DNA of 52,601 nt from a virus, in the IMG/VR virus record IMGVR_UViG_3300037440_000461, positions 1 to 52,601 of that record; one strand, given 5' to 3'. Of the stretch, positions 38,434 through 45,296 are shown in pieces; position 1 is the stretch's first letter; each line of letters begins with the position of its first letter. The notes beneath the pieces were generated by a model, which had not been told where the DNA came from, did not search any database, and was given only the letters and a program-made list of their open reading frames with translations. A program made the position numbers and the translations under genes.

Positions 38434-38453
38434 CTGTCCCCCATACGGGTGAA

Positions 38454-38723
38454 TCACCGGCGCCAGCGTGGCCGCGAAGTTTCCGCCGGCAGCTCATCAG
38501 CCACCACCAGCCTCGGCAGCCGATCCGGCGGCAGATGCCCCCGGGTCGCCACCACCCCCAGCTCCCGCTGACCGGAGGCGCACAGCGCCACCAGCTCCGT
38601 CCACGACGAGGTGTAGGACAGCGGCCGCCAGCCGTGTTTGAGCGTCCAGTCGGTCAGCTGCCCGAGCCAGCGGAGCATCTCGGAGCCGCGGGGGACGTAC
38701 AGCACAGCACGTAGGGATGGCAT
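38454..38723 (-). CDS. Hypothetical protein (89 aa)
   Basis: ATG 38723 with a GAGGAG RBS 11 nt upstream. The weak resemblance of AVLYVPRGSE...DRLPRLVV to a serine-recombinase N-domain is not trusted. Confidence 0.5.
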   Translation of the reverse strand: MPSLRAVLYVPRGSEMLRWLGQLTDWTLKHGWRPLSYTSSWTELVALCASGQRELGVVATRGHLPPDRLPRLVVADELPAETSRPRWRR

Positions 38724-38910
38724 ACGGGGCGGGTCTCCTCACTCCCGCCAAGGACGAGGGGGTACCGGGTCAACGATCCGAGAGCGGCTCGGGTTGCTGT
38801 GAGCCGGCTCACGACGGCTAGCCGCCGTCACGGTGACGGGATGATGCCGCCTATCCCTCACCCGGTCGGGGTCGCCTGTCCGGCCGGTGGTGACCGGGGC
38901 GGCGCCGGGG

Positions 38911-39144
38911 TTACGGTCGCGCCGGGGGTGTGGGGTCGGGCGCCGGCCCCTCGCGGGCCGGCGCCTCCCGGTCATACAGCTCCAGGATCACAATGCCGTC
39001 ATCACCGGCGCCCTCCGGCCCGCCGGCACCCCCGCTCTTGACGAAGGCCCGGACGTGGACCAGCCACGGGTAGTCCGACGGGACGAAGGTATGGACGCCT
39101 GGCGGGTAGGTGATGATCTCGCGTGGGATGGGCTCGCCCGTCAT
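38911..39144 (-). CDS. Hypothetical protein (77 aa)
   Basis: ATG 39144 is ATGA-coupled (MTGEPIPREIITYPPGVHTFVPSDYPWLVHVRAF...). Confidence 0.5.
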   Translation of the reverse strand: MTGEPIPREIITYPPGVHTFVPSDYPWLVHVRAFVKSGGAGGPEGAGDDGIVILELYDREAPAREGPAPDPTPPARP

Positions 39145-39596
39145 GACTTCCACTCCTCCCGCCAATCCGGATGGCCGGCGTAGGGCAGGGCGAGCAGGCG
39201 CAGGGTATGAGCGTGGAATGCCATCTGACCGCGCCGCCAGCCATCGTCAAACGTGCCGTGGGCCTTCGGCGGCGCGTACTCCAGGATGAGCCGCTTGGCC
39301 GCCACCTCGGCCAGCACCCGCGCCGGGTCATGCCGGGCGATGTGAGCGGCGTCGGCTATGCTCTGGGGATGGTCGGCCGGCCCCGTGGCCGCCACACCTA
39401 CAGTGGCCGTGATTGGGCCGGCCCCCACGAACTCCTCGCCGCCAGCCTGGGGCAGCCCGGCCCGAGCGGCCCGCAACGCGTCGAGGTCGGTGTGCCACTC
39501 CTTCTGTGGGTTGTATCGCCACGGTCCAGGAGTTGAGGCCCGCGCCGCCGCCTCGTCCTCGTCCAGCCTGGCGAGCAGAAACTCCACCAGCGTCAC
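39141..39596 (-). CDS. DUF6221-like actinobacterial protein (151 aa)
   Basis: VTLVEFLLARLDEDEAAARAS...HIARHDPARVLAEVAAKRLILE resembles the DUF6221 pattern as I remember it. GTGA-coupled. Confidence 0.55.
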   Translation of the reverse strand: MTLVEFLLARLDEDEAAARASTPGPWRYNPQKEWHTDLDALRAARAGLPQAGGEEFVGAGPITATVGVAATGPADHPQSIADAAHIARHDPARVLAEVAAKRLILEYAPPKAHGTFDDGWRRGQMAFHAHTLRLLALPYAGHPDWREEWKS

Positions 39597-39826
39597 CGTC
39601 CGGGCTCCTTCCCCCAGTTGGCGCCCTCGTCCTGGCACACCCCCGGCTCCGGATGAGCATCGTCGTAGAGGAACGCGATGCTGGCGCCCATCACGAACAC
39701 AGCGCCGACCAGCACGATCCCGCACACGAACTGGCCGGCACGCCACCAGCCGGTCGTGCCGGCGCTCAGCCGGGAGCCAAGCCCCAGGCCCGTAAGCAGC
39801 AGCAGAGCAATGATCAGCCAGTCCAT
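39593..39826 (-). CDS. Membrane protein (77 aa, 2 TM)
   Basis: MDWLIIALLLLTGLGLG... and ...FVCGIVLVGAVFVMGASIAFL. Confidence 0.55.
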   Translation of the reverse strand: MDWLIIALLLLTGLGLGSRLSAGTTGWWRAGQFVCGIVLVGAVFVMGASIAFLYDDAHPEPGVCQDEGANWGKEPGR

Positions 39827-39829
39827 CAG

Positions 39830-40003
39830 CTACCCGCCTCCCCAGAACGCCAGAACCGCTACGACGACCAGCGTGTTGACGACCACGACGCTCAGGGCAC
39901 TACCGGGTTGCATCGGCTCCCTCGGCCTGCCGACGCTGAGGACGGCCCCTGCCGCATTGACCGCCAGCAAGGCGACCAGTAGCCACTTCACGAGTTCAGC
40001 CAT
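39830..40003 (-). CDS. Small membrane protein (57 aa, 2 TM)
   Basis: ATG 40003 with a GGAGGA RBS (MAELVKWLLVALLAVNAAGAVL...VVVVNTLVVVAVLAFW). Confidence 0.45.
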   Translation of the reverse strand: MAELVKWLLVALLAVNAAGAVLSVGRPREPMQPGSALSVVVVNTLVVVAVLAFWGGG

Positions 40004-40256
40004 CGCTATCCTCCGTCGCCGACCGCCGACGCCCGGGCTCCTTCCGCCAATTGGCGCCCTTCCCCGGCCGGCCACGCATCGCCTCGTCCAGCCGCGCCTG
40101 AAGGTACAGCTTCTTCCGCCCGTCCAGCATGGCGTCGGGGGCCAGCCGGAGCCGGGAGATCGCCGAGGTGATGGTGTGCGGGGCGAGCCCGTAGCGGGCG
40201 GCGGCCTGCTCCACGGTGAGCGCCAGCCGCCCGTCGAGGGTGATCCGGATCTTCAC
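39996..40256 (-). CDS. Small HTH DNA-binding protein (possible excisionase-type)
   Basis: LTVEQAAARYGLAPHTITSAISRL is HTH-like. 86 aa, GTGA-coupled. The Xis role is only a positional guess. Confidence 0.5.
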   Translation of the reverse strand: MKIRITLDGRLALTVEQAAARYGLAPHTITSAISRLRLAPDAMLDGRKKLYLQARLDEAMRGRPGKGANWRKEPGRRRSATEDSDG

Positions 40257-40618
40257 GGTCCCTCCTGTCCGGTGCCGACCCGCAGCACGGTTGCCCGGCC
40301 CGTGTCCAGCTCGTGCTGTACACGCTCATCGTTGACACGCCTGGCTAGGCTGCCGGTGCTGCGCCACGGCGCGTCCGACCCGGGGTGGACCATCATCCAG
40401 ACGATGGTGGCGGTGGCTACGACGCTGCCCTCGGGTAGGTCGGCGGCGCGGGGTGAGGGTGGCGGGTCGCCGGGCATGATCCTGCCGTAGGGCGCCGGGC
40501 AGTCGCAGCCGTCCACGTCACACCCCGCCTCGCGATGGATACGCACTTCATGGGCGCAAGCCAGGCATCGGAGTCCCTTCGGTGCCGGCATGCGTAGCGC
40601 TGGGTGAATGTCAGCCAT
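40253..40618 (-). CDS. Cys-rich hypothetical protein (121 aa), first gene of a leftward operon
   Basis: ATG 40618 (MADIHPALRMPAPKGLRCLACAHEVRIHREAGCDVDGCDC...). TACCCT (40625-40630, minus strand) lies 6 nt upstream of the ATG, which is leaderless geometry. Confidence 0.5.
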   Translation of the reverse strand: MADIHPALRMPAPKGLRCLACAHEVRIHREAGCDVDGCDCPAPYGRIMPGDPPPSPRAADLPEGSVVATATIVWMMVHPGSDAPWRSTGSLARRVNDERVQHELDTGRATVLRVGTGQEGP

Positions 40619-40817
40619 GCTCCCAGGGTACACCCGGTGGCAGTCTCAACGTCGTACTTGCAGCCACAGCACGTCATCCGAATGGGTGAACTTCCCCCAG
40701 GGACTTGTGTTTGCCGTGCCAGTGCTGCATACTAGAGATACAAAGACATAGGGGTTCCGGGCCAAACGAGAACAGCGGCCACCGCGGGTAGAACCGCCAG
40801 GGACAAGAGAACCGAAG

Positions 40818-40927
40818 CCTGGTGCTTCGAGGGGAGCCGATCGTTTCCCCGCACTCCCACCACGACACCCGACATGCTCGGGCTGGCTGCGGGAGGCAAA
40901 TCCGACGGCTCCCCTCGAAGCGCCAGG
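40818..40927. repeat. Long inverted repeat A (22-nt arms, 66-nt interior)
   Basis: CCTGGTGCTTCGAGGGGAGCCG at 40818-40839 pairs with CGGCTCCCCTCGAAGCGCCAGG at 40906-40927. That gives 21 Watson-Crick pairs plus one G-T (G-U in RNA). Confidence 0.9.
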
Positions 40928-40935
40928 ACCCACCA

Positions 40936-41109
40936 CCTGCGGTTGCGTGGCCGGCCGGGAGGCCAGGCTACGAGAGAGGCACCCGGGAGGGTGCCGAGCA
41001 CACCGGATCACCGGTCACCCGCCCGTCAGCGGGGCGCGCCGAGTCCCCCCAGGCCTGACGGGGCCACCGGGGGGCGGGAGCCGACACCGGCCGGCCACGC
41101 AACCGCAGG
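40936..41109. repeat. Long inverted repeat B (23-nt perfect arms, 128-nt interior) flanked by a 13-nt direct repeat
   Basis: CCTGCGGTTGCGTGGCCGGCCGG at 40936-40958 pairs with CCGGCCGGCCACGCAACCGCAGG at 41087-41109. The direct repeat CAGGACCCACCAC lies at 40924-40936 and 41106-41118. Confidence 0.9.
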
Positions 41110-41149
41110 ACCCACCACACTGACAGACCTACCACCGAAGGAGCCCACC

Positions 41150-41986
41150 ATGAGCACCACACGGCACTTCCGCTACGTGCAGGCGGATGACGGCACGGTC
41201 GTCATGCACACCCGCGACCACAACGACCACTGGCAGGTCTGCTGCAAGTTCGTTGAGACCGGCGAGGACGGCGAGCGGACCGCATTCCCCGGCCCGTCGC
41301 TCCGGGAGCTGACCACCGGCTCCGACGCGGTCGGAGACTCGGATCCGGACCTGATCGCCTACCGGCATCTGACCGCCTGGCAGGATGCGTGCGCCCAGTG
41401 GGGCCGGGAGCACCCGGGCGAGCGGTTGCCGCTGCACCTGCTTGAGGAGCCCACCATCCCCACCGACACCGAGGAGCCCACCATGACCACCACCGACACC
41501 ACCACCGCGCTGGCCCTGGCCGACGCGTACGACCGGCACGCAGAGGCCGGCACCAGCCCCACCCTGCCCGCCGCCATGGTCGAGGTGGGGCTCACCGACA
41601 CCGACACGGCGGCCGAGCTGCTGACCAAGGGCGCCGGGTTGCAGTACGCCCGGGACCACGGCCTGGATGAGCTGGCGCAGCTGGCGCTGGTGCTCCCCCT
41701 GGACGCGGTGCGGGCCGACCGGCCGGCCGCCTACGCCCGGATCACACAGGCGCATGTGGCCGAGTGGGGGCCGGAGGTGGCCGCCGGTGGGGAGACGACG
41801 GTGGCCGCGCTGCAGGAGATGCTCCGGTACGTCACCGACTACGGCACCCTGACCGACTACCGCACCGGCGAGCAGATCCGGCCGGCCACCGCCGCCGAGC
41901 ACGCCCGGTCCCTGGCCGCCGGCGAGACCGGCGCCTTCGAGCTCGACGGCCGCTCCGTGTTCGTGGCGGGCGGCCCGGAGTCCTGA
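41150..41986 (+). CDS. Hypothetical protein (278 aa), two modules; second module has its own copy of the initiation region at 41483
   Basis: ATG 41150 behind GAAGGAGCCCACC (MSTTRHFRYVQADDGTVVMHTRDHNDHWQVCC...). An in-frame GAGGAGCCCACC-ATG lies at 41483 (MTTTDTTTALALADAYDRH...). The track start at 40874 runs through the inverted repeats and is rejected. Confidence 0.6.
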   Translation: MSTTRHFRYVQADDGTVVMHTRDHNDHWQVCCKFVETGEDGERTAFPGPSLRELTTGSDAVGDSDPDLIAYRHLTAWQDACAQWGREHPGERLPLHLLEEPTIPTDTEEPTMTTTDTTTALALADAYDRHAEAGTSPTLPAAMVEVGLTDTDTAAELLTKGAGLQYARDHGLDELAQLALVLPLDAVRADRPAAYARITQAHVAEWGPEVAAGGETTVAALQEMLRYVTDYGTLTDYRTGEQIRPATAAEHARSLAAGETGAFELDGRSVFVAGGPES

Positions 41987-42049
41987 CGCCGCCCGGTCCT
42001 CACCCGCTACGGCGGGCGGGGGCCGAACGAAAACCAGAGAGGACGATTC

Positions 42050-42223
42050 ATGAACACCACCGATGTGTACCCCCGCAGCGAGATCCAGCACGGTCTGACC
42101 GGCTGGCACTGGCAGGCATACAGCCGCGGGGACCAGCTGCTCGACTCCGGCGACGCGCGGACCCGGCTCGGCCTGGCGGTCGCACTGTGGCGCGCCCGCC
42201 GCCGGCTGCGCCGTACCTCCTGA
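42050..42223 (+). CDS. Small basic protein (57 aa)
   Basis: ATG 42050 behind AGAGAGGA (MNTTDVYPRSEIQHGLTGWHWQAYSRGDQLLDSGDARTRLGLAVALWRARRRLRRTS). It is below the track cutoff. Confidence 0.4.
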   Translation: MNTTDVYPRSEIQHGLTGWHWQAYSRGDQLLDSGDARTRLGLAVALWRARRRLRRTS

Positions 42224-42331
42224 CGCTGCCCGGCCCCAACCGCCTCATCACGCGGCGGGGGCCGAGTGGCGGAACAGACCCGCCACCCGACCAGCCCGGG
42301 ATGCACACCCGGGCAGAGAGCAGAGTAGATC

Positions 42332-42610
42332 ATGGCGACTCACATCGCGCTCGGGTTCGTCCGCGGCGCCAACAAGGTCTGGGTCCAGGTCGACTATGAC
42401 CCGGACTCGGAGTACCGGACCAGGTGGGCCTACTACACCGGCGGCACTATGGTGCGTGAGGAGTCCGGGGTCTACGGGGACCTGGACGCCATCAGCAAGC
42501 AGATGGTCGCGGCCGACTACCGGCCGGTGCCGGTGCCCTGGTACAGCGACCCGCCGCCACCGGCCGAGCTGCTGGGCCAGCCGGTCGAGCTACGCGAGCG
42601 CGCTGCCTGA
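42332..42610 (+). CDS. Hypothetical protein (92 aa)
   Basis: ATG 42332 (MATHIALGFVRGANKVWVQVDYDPDSEYRTRWAYYTGG...). A strong hairpin follows. Confidence 0.55.
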   Translation: MATHIALGFVRGANKVWVQVDYDPDSEYRTRWAYYTGGTMVREESGVYGDLDAISKQMVAADYRPVPVPWYSDPPPPAELLGQPVELRERAA

Positions 42611-42627
42611 CCCTCGGGCACGACGAA

Positions 42628-42661
42628 GGAGCCCTCCCGGGCTGTCACCCGGGAGGGCTCC
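42628..42661. terminator. Bidirectional intrinsic-terminator-like hairpin between convergent transcription units
   Basis: GGAGCCCTCCCGGG-ctgtca-CCCGGGAGGGCTCC forms a 14-bp perfect stem, 18 nt after the stop at 42610. There is no U tract, as is common in high-GC actinobacteria. Confidence 0.65.
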
Positions 42662-42745
42662 CATCACTCCGCGCACCCTGCAGGGTGCAACGGAACGGCC
42701 GTTCGGTTATAGGTCGGACCTGAACCGCCAACGTCCGTTATGAGG

Positions 42746-42961
42746 TCAGGGGCGGAAGTCGCCCTTGTCCTTGTTCGGGTTCTTCGGATCTTCCGACTCG
42801 TTGCCGTGGCCGGCGGCGTTGACGCACATCCATCCGCCGTCGGACGGGTTGACCGCGGCCTCCTGGCCGGGTGGGCAGGCGATCGGGTCGGCCTGTGCCG
42901 GGCTGGCGGCGGCGCCGACGCCGGCGGCGACCAGCGCCGCGATGATGAGCAGCTTACGCAT
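42746..42961 (-). CDS. Small secreted protein (71 aa, signal peptide)
   Basis: ATG 42961 with a GAGGAG RBS. MRKLLIIAALVAAGVGAAASPAQA-DPIACPPGQEAAVNPSDGGWMCVN has a signal peptide with an AQA cleavage motif and 2 Cys. It is the last gene of the rightmost minus-strand operon. Confidence 0.6.
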   Translation of the reverse strand: MRKLLIIAALVAAGVGAAASPAQADPIACPPGQEAAVNPSDGGWMCVNAAGHGNESEDPKNPNKDKGDFRP

Positions 42962-42987
42962 GTTTGCTCTCCTCTGTTCAGGTCCCA

Positions 42988-43221
42988 TTATCGCGCGGCC
43001 CGCCGACGCTTGCGCCGGTAGGCCAGCCAGAAGTGAACGCCTAGCCACAGGCTGAGCGCGCCGATCAGCGCGGCGGTCAGCTCACCGGGGACGTGCCGCA
43101 CGATCAGCGTGGTCCACGGTTCGGTGTCGGCGCTGCTGTCGCAGGCGGCGAACAGCTCCATGCCGATCACCAGCCCGGTCAGGCCTAGGAACGCGATCCG
43201 CCAACGGGTCGCCGGGCTCAC
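42988..43221 (-). CDS. Membrane protein (77 aa, 2-3 TM), lysis-cassette member
   Basis: WRIAFLGLTGLVIGMELFAA... and ...LTAALIGALSLWLGVHFWLAY, followed by a basic tail. Confidence 0.55.
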   Translation of the reverse strand: MSPATRWRIAFLGLTGLVIGMELFAACDSSADTEPWTTLIVRHVPGELTAALIGALSLWLGVHFWLAYRRKRRRAAR

Positions 43222-43415
43222 GTCGGCGCCCGTCGCCCGTCGAACCCGGGGCTTACGTCTATCCCGTACTGCTGGAGCAGAGGTATGGCGCGGTGGATCG
43301 GGCCGGTCGGCAGGATGTAGCTGGCCACGAACCCGCCATCCTGCGTGCCGTACTCGGTGGCCTTGACTACGCAGTCGGCTAGCGCGTCAAGCAGCGCACG
43401 GGTCTCCGCGCTCAC
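43218..43415 (-). CDS. Hypothetical protein (65 aa)
   Basis: The start is coupled to the upstream stop. The composition is soluble. Confidence 0.5.
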   Translation of the reverse strand: MSAETRALLDALADCVVKATEYGTQDGGFVASYILPTGPIHRAIPLLQQYGIDVSPGFDGRRAPT

Positions 43416-43660
43416 CGCGGCGCCTCCCGTTCCTGCCTGGCCGCCCGGTCCGCCATGCCCCGCAGCTCGGCCGCGGTGAGCGTCGGCAGCGGCGCCTCGT
43501 TGGCCGGCGCCAGGTAGGTGGCGACCGACGCCGCGACCAGCACGATCAGCCCGGCCACCTCCGGCGCCAGCTCCACCCCGGCCATCCGTGCGACCGCAAC
43601 CACCGCGGTGGCGGTGAGCCCGCCCAGGATCGCCGCGACCAGCTTCCGTACCCGTCTCAT
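43412..43660 (-). CDS. Holin-like membrane protein (82 aa)
   Basis: ATG 43660 with a GAGGACGAGGA RBS. It has two TM helices (LVAAILGGLTATAVVAVA, VAGLIVLVAASVATYL) and a charged tail. Confidence 0.5.
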   Translation of the reverse strand: MRRVRKLVAAILGGLTATAVVAVARMAGVELAPEVAGLIVLVAASVATYLAPANEAPLPTLTAAELRGMADRAARQEREAPR

Positions 43661-43676
43661 GTCCTCGTCCTCTCGC

Positions 43677-44030
43677 TCAGCCGCACCTGAGGCTCGGCGG
43701 CTCCGGCACCGGGTTGGCCGCCAGCGCGTCCCGGTGCGCATCGCTCGCGGCCAGGTAGGCGGCCAGCGCCGCCGCGAACTCCCGCTCATCCTGGGAGGCG
43801 ACCGCCCGCACCAGCCGGTCCAACGCATCCGTGCGCGCCCCGGACAACCCACCGAGCAGGGTGGACCGCGCCACCGTCGCATCCCCCCACGCCTGGGTGC
43901 ACTCCACAATCTCCGCCTGCTGCCGGGCCAGGCCCTCGATCCGCACAAACCCGGGGACGAACACGAGCGCCAGCATCAGCAGCATGACCGTGTACGGGCG
44001 GCCGCGCAGCCAGGTCACGAGCCGGGTCAT
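43677..44030 (-). CDS. N-terminally membrane-anchored protein (117 aa), lysis-cassette member
   Basis: ATG 44030 (MTRLVTWLRGRPYTVMLLMLALVFVPGFV...), followed by a helical ectodomain. Confidence 0.5.
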   Translation of the reverse strand: MTRLVTWLRGRPYTVMLLMLALVFVPGFVRIEGLARQQAEIVECTQAWGDATVARSTLLGGLSGARTDALDRLVRAVASQDEREFAAALAAYLAASDAHRDALAANPVPEPPSLRCG

Positions 44031-44125
44031 GGCAGCAGCCCGGCCAGCCACAGCACGCCGACGGTGACCACCGCCGCGCCGAGGTAGATCAGCGTCAGCG
44101 GGTAGTGCCTACCGAGCGTTGCCAT
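44027..44125 (-). CDS. Small membrane peptide (32 aa)
   Basis: MATLGRHYPLTLIYLGAAVVTVGVLWLAGLLP behind GAGGAGG. ATGA-coupled downstream. It is below the track cutoff. Confidence 0.35.
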   Translation of the reverse strand: MATLGRHYPLTLIYLGAAVVTVGVLWLAGLLP

Positions 44126-44330
44126 TCCGCCTCCTCGCCTCATCGACCCGCATCACCAGGGGTGAGAGCAGGATGGCGCCGAGGAAGCTGAGCACCGCCG
44201 GCCGCGCCCCACCGAGCATGATCTCCCACACGGCCAGCGCCAGCGCCACCGTTACCACGGCGGTGTCCCGGACCGACCGGCTCACCCATCGGCCCTGCTC
44301 CCGGTGCGAGCCGTCAACATCTGGGATCAC
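44109..44330 (-). CDS. Holin-like membrane protein (73 aa)
   Basis: GTG 44330 is GTGA-coupled to the endolysin stop. TAVVTVALALAVWEIML and VLSFLGAILLSPLVM are the TM helices. The G/R-rich track extension to 44591 is rejected. Confidence 0.5.
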   Translation of the reverse strand: MIPDVDGSHREQGRWVSRSVRDTAVVTVALALAVWEIMLGGARPAVLSFLGAILLSPLVMRVDEARRRNGNAR

Positions 44331-45280
44331 ACCTGGTCCAGCCCGCCGAGCGCCGACCGCACCCCGGCCTCCGCCGCGGCCACCAGCCGCTCGTCGGCCA
44401 CCTCGCCCAGCTGGTCGCGCAGCCCGGCCAGCACCGCCGGCACCAGCGCCTCCTCGAACTGCTCCAGCAGCATGGCTCGACCGGCTTCCAGCTCGGCTCG
44501 CACCGCCGCAACCATGTCCTCGCCGGCTACCGCCGCCAGGATCGCCGCCTGCCCGGCCGCCAGCTCCTCGACCTGAGCCACCGCCCGCCACGCCCCGTTG
44601 CGGATGCTGGACAGGTAGGACGCGGCCTGCCAGTTCGGGTTGGTCTCCCGGCTGGGCACGTCCGGGGCGGGTATCCCGTCCCGCCGCCAGATGGTGGCGT
44701 AGATCCGGTCCAGGTCCTCGGTGGTCAGCGCCATGTCATCCCCCTCCAGTAGTGCCGCCACCCGGCGGCGGAACGCATCCATGTCGACCCCGAGCGGGTC
44801 GGACTTGCCGGACTGGTGCTCCCGGTGCGCCACCACCACGGAGGCCGGCCAGCCCATGCGCCGGCAGATCGCGGCCACACCCCGCTGGTACGAGTCGAGC
44901 ATTGTGGCCGTCCAGGGCTCGCCCCGGTTATCGTTGGCCGCCTCGACCCCGATCAGCGCCGAGTTGCCGAACCCCCGGTGGGGTCCCTTGTCGCCGGTCA
45001 GCACGTGGTTGCACCGGCCGGACGCGCCCACCCACCACGTGCCGGAGCGGGACAGGTATAGCTGGGAGATCGGCACCGGCGCGGAGGTGGAGCCGGTCTC
45101 CCACAACACCCGCATCTCCCCGGCGTCGGTGGAGGTTCGGGATCCGGCGGTGGCGTGGCAGATCACACCCCGCAGCGGCCCCCACGACTCGGACCCGCGG
45201 GTGCGCCACCCGTCGTACTCGCGAGCGGTCAGCCCCGCCGCGCGGAGCACATCCACCAGCCACAGCAGCCGCATACTCAC
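44327..45280 (-). CDS. Endolysin, N-acetylmuramoyl-L-alanine amidase (PGRP/Amidase_2 type) with C-terminal helical domain
   Basis: GVICHATAGSRTS...GVEAANDNRGEPW...VVAHREHQSGKSDP fits the amidase_2 zinc-site pattern. It lies between the tail genes and the membrane-protein cassette. Confidence 0.8.
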   Translation of the reverse strand: MSMRLLWLVDVLRAAGLTAREYDGWRTRGSESWGPLRGVICHATAGSRTSTDAGEMRVLWETGSTSAPVPISQLYLSRSGTWWVGASGRCNHVLTGDKGPHRGFGNSALIGVEAANDNRGEPWTATMLDSYQRGVAAICRRMGWPASVVVAHREHQSGKSDPLGVDMDAFRRRVAALLEGDDMALTTEDLDRIYATIWRRDGIPAPDVPSRETNPNWQAASYLSSIRNGAWRAVAQVEELAAGQAAILAAVAGEDMVAAVRAELEAGRAMLLEQFEEALVPAVLAGLRDQLGEVADERLVAAAEAGVRSALGGLDQV

Positions 45281-45296
45281 CCCCTCGCCTTTCTCG

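Noticed and set aside
38454-38723. Serine-recombinase (resolvase) N-terminal domain remnant, suggested by AVLYVPRGSE...DRLPRLVV.
   Set aside because: The resemblance rests on two short strings with shifted spacing. The protein is only 89 aa and lacks the rest of the catalytic domain. I kept it as hypothetical.
40818-41109. Retron-type msr/msd or DGR template interpretation of the long inverted repeats.
   Set aside because: There is no reverse transcriptase anywhere in the window. The adjacent 278-aa ORF has no YxDD-type motif, and there is no template/variable repeat pair.
40874-41149. Upstream extension of the plus-strand gene (track ORF starts at 40874).
   Set aside because: The translation is R/P/G-rich and crosses both arms of the 23-bp inverted repeat. 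A strong GAAGGAG SD precedes ATG 41150.
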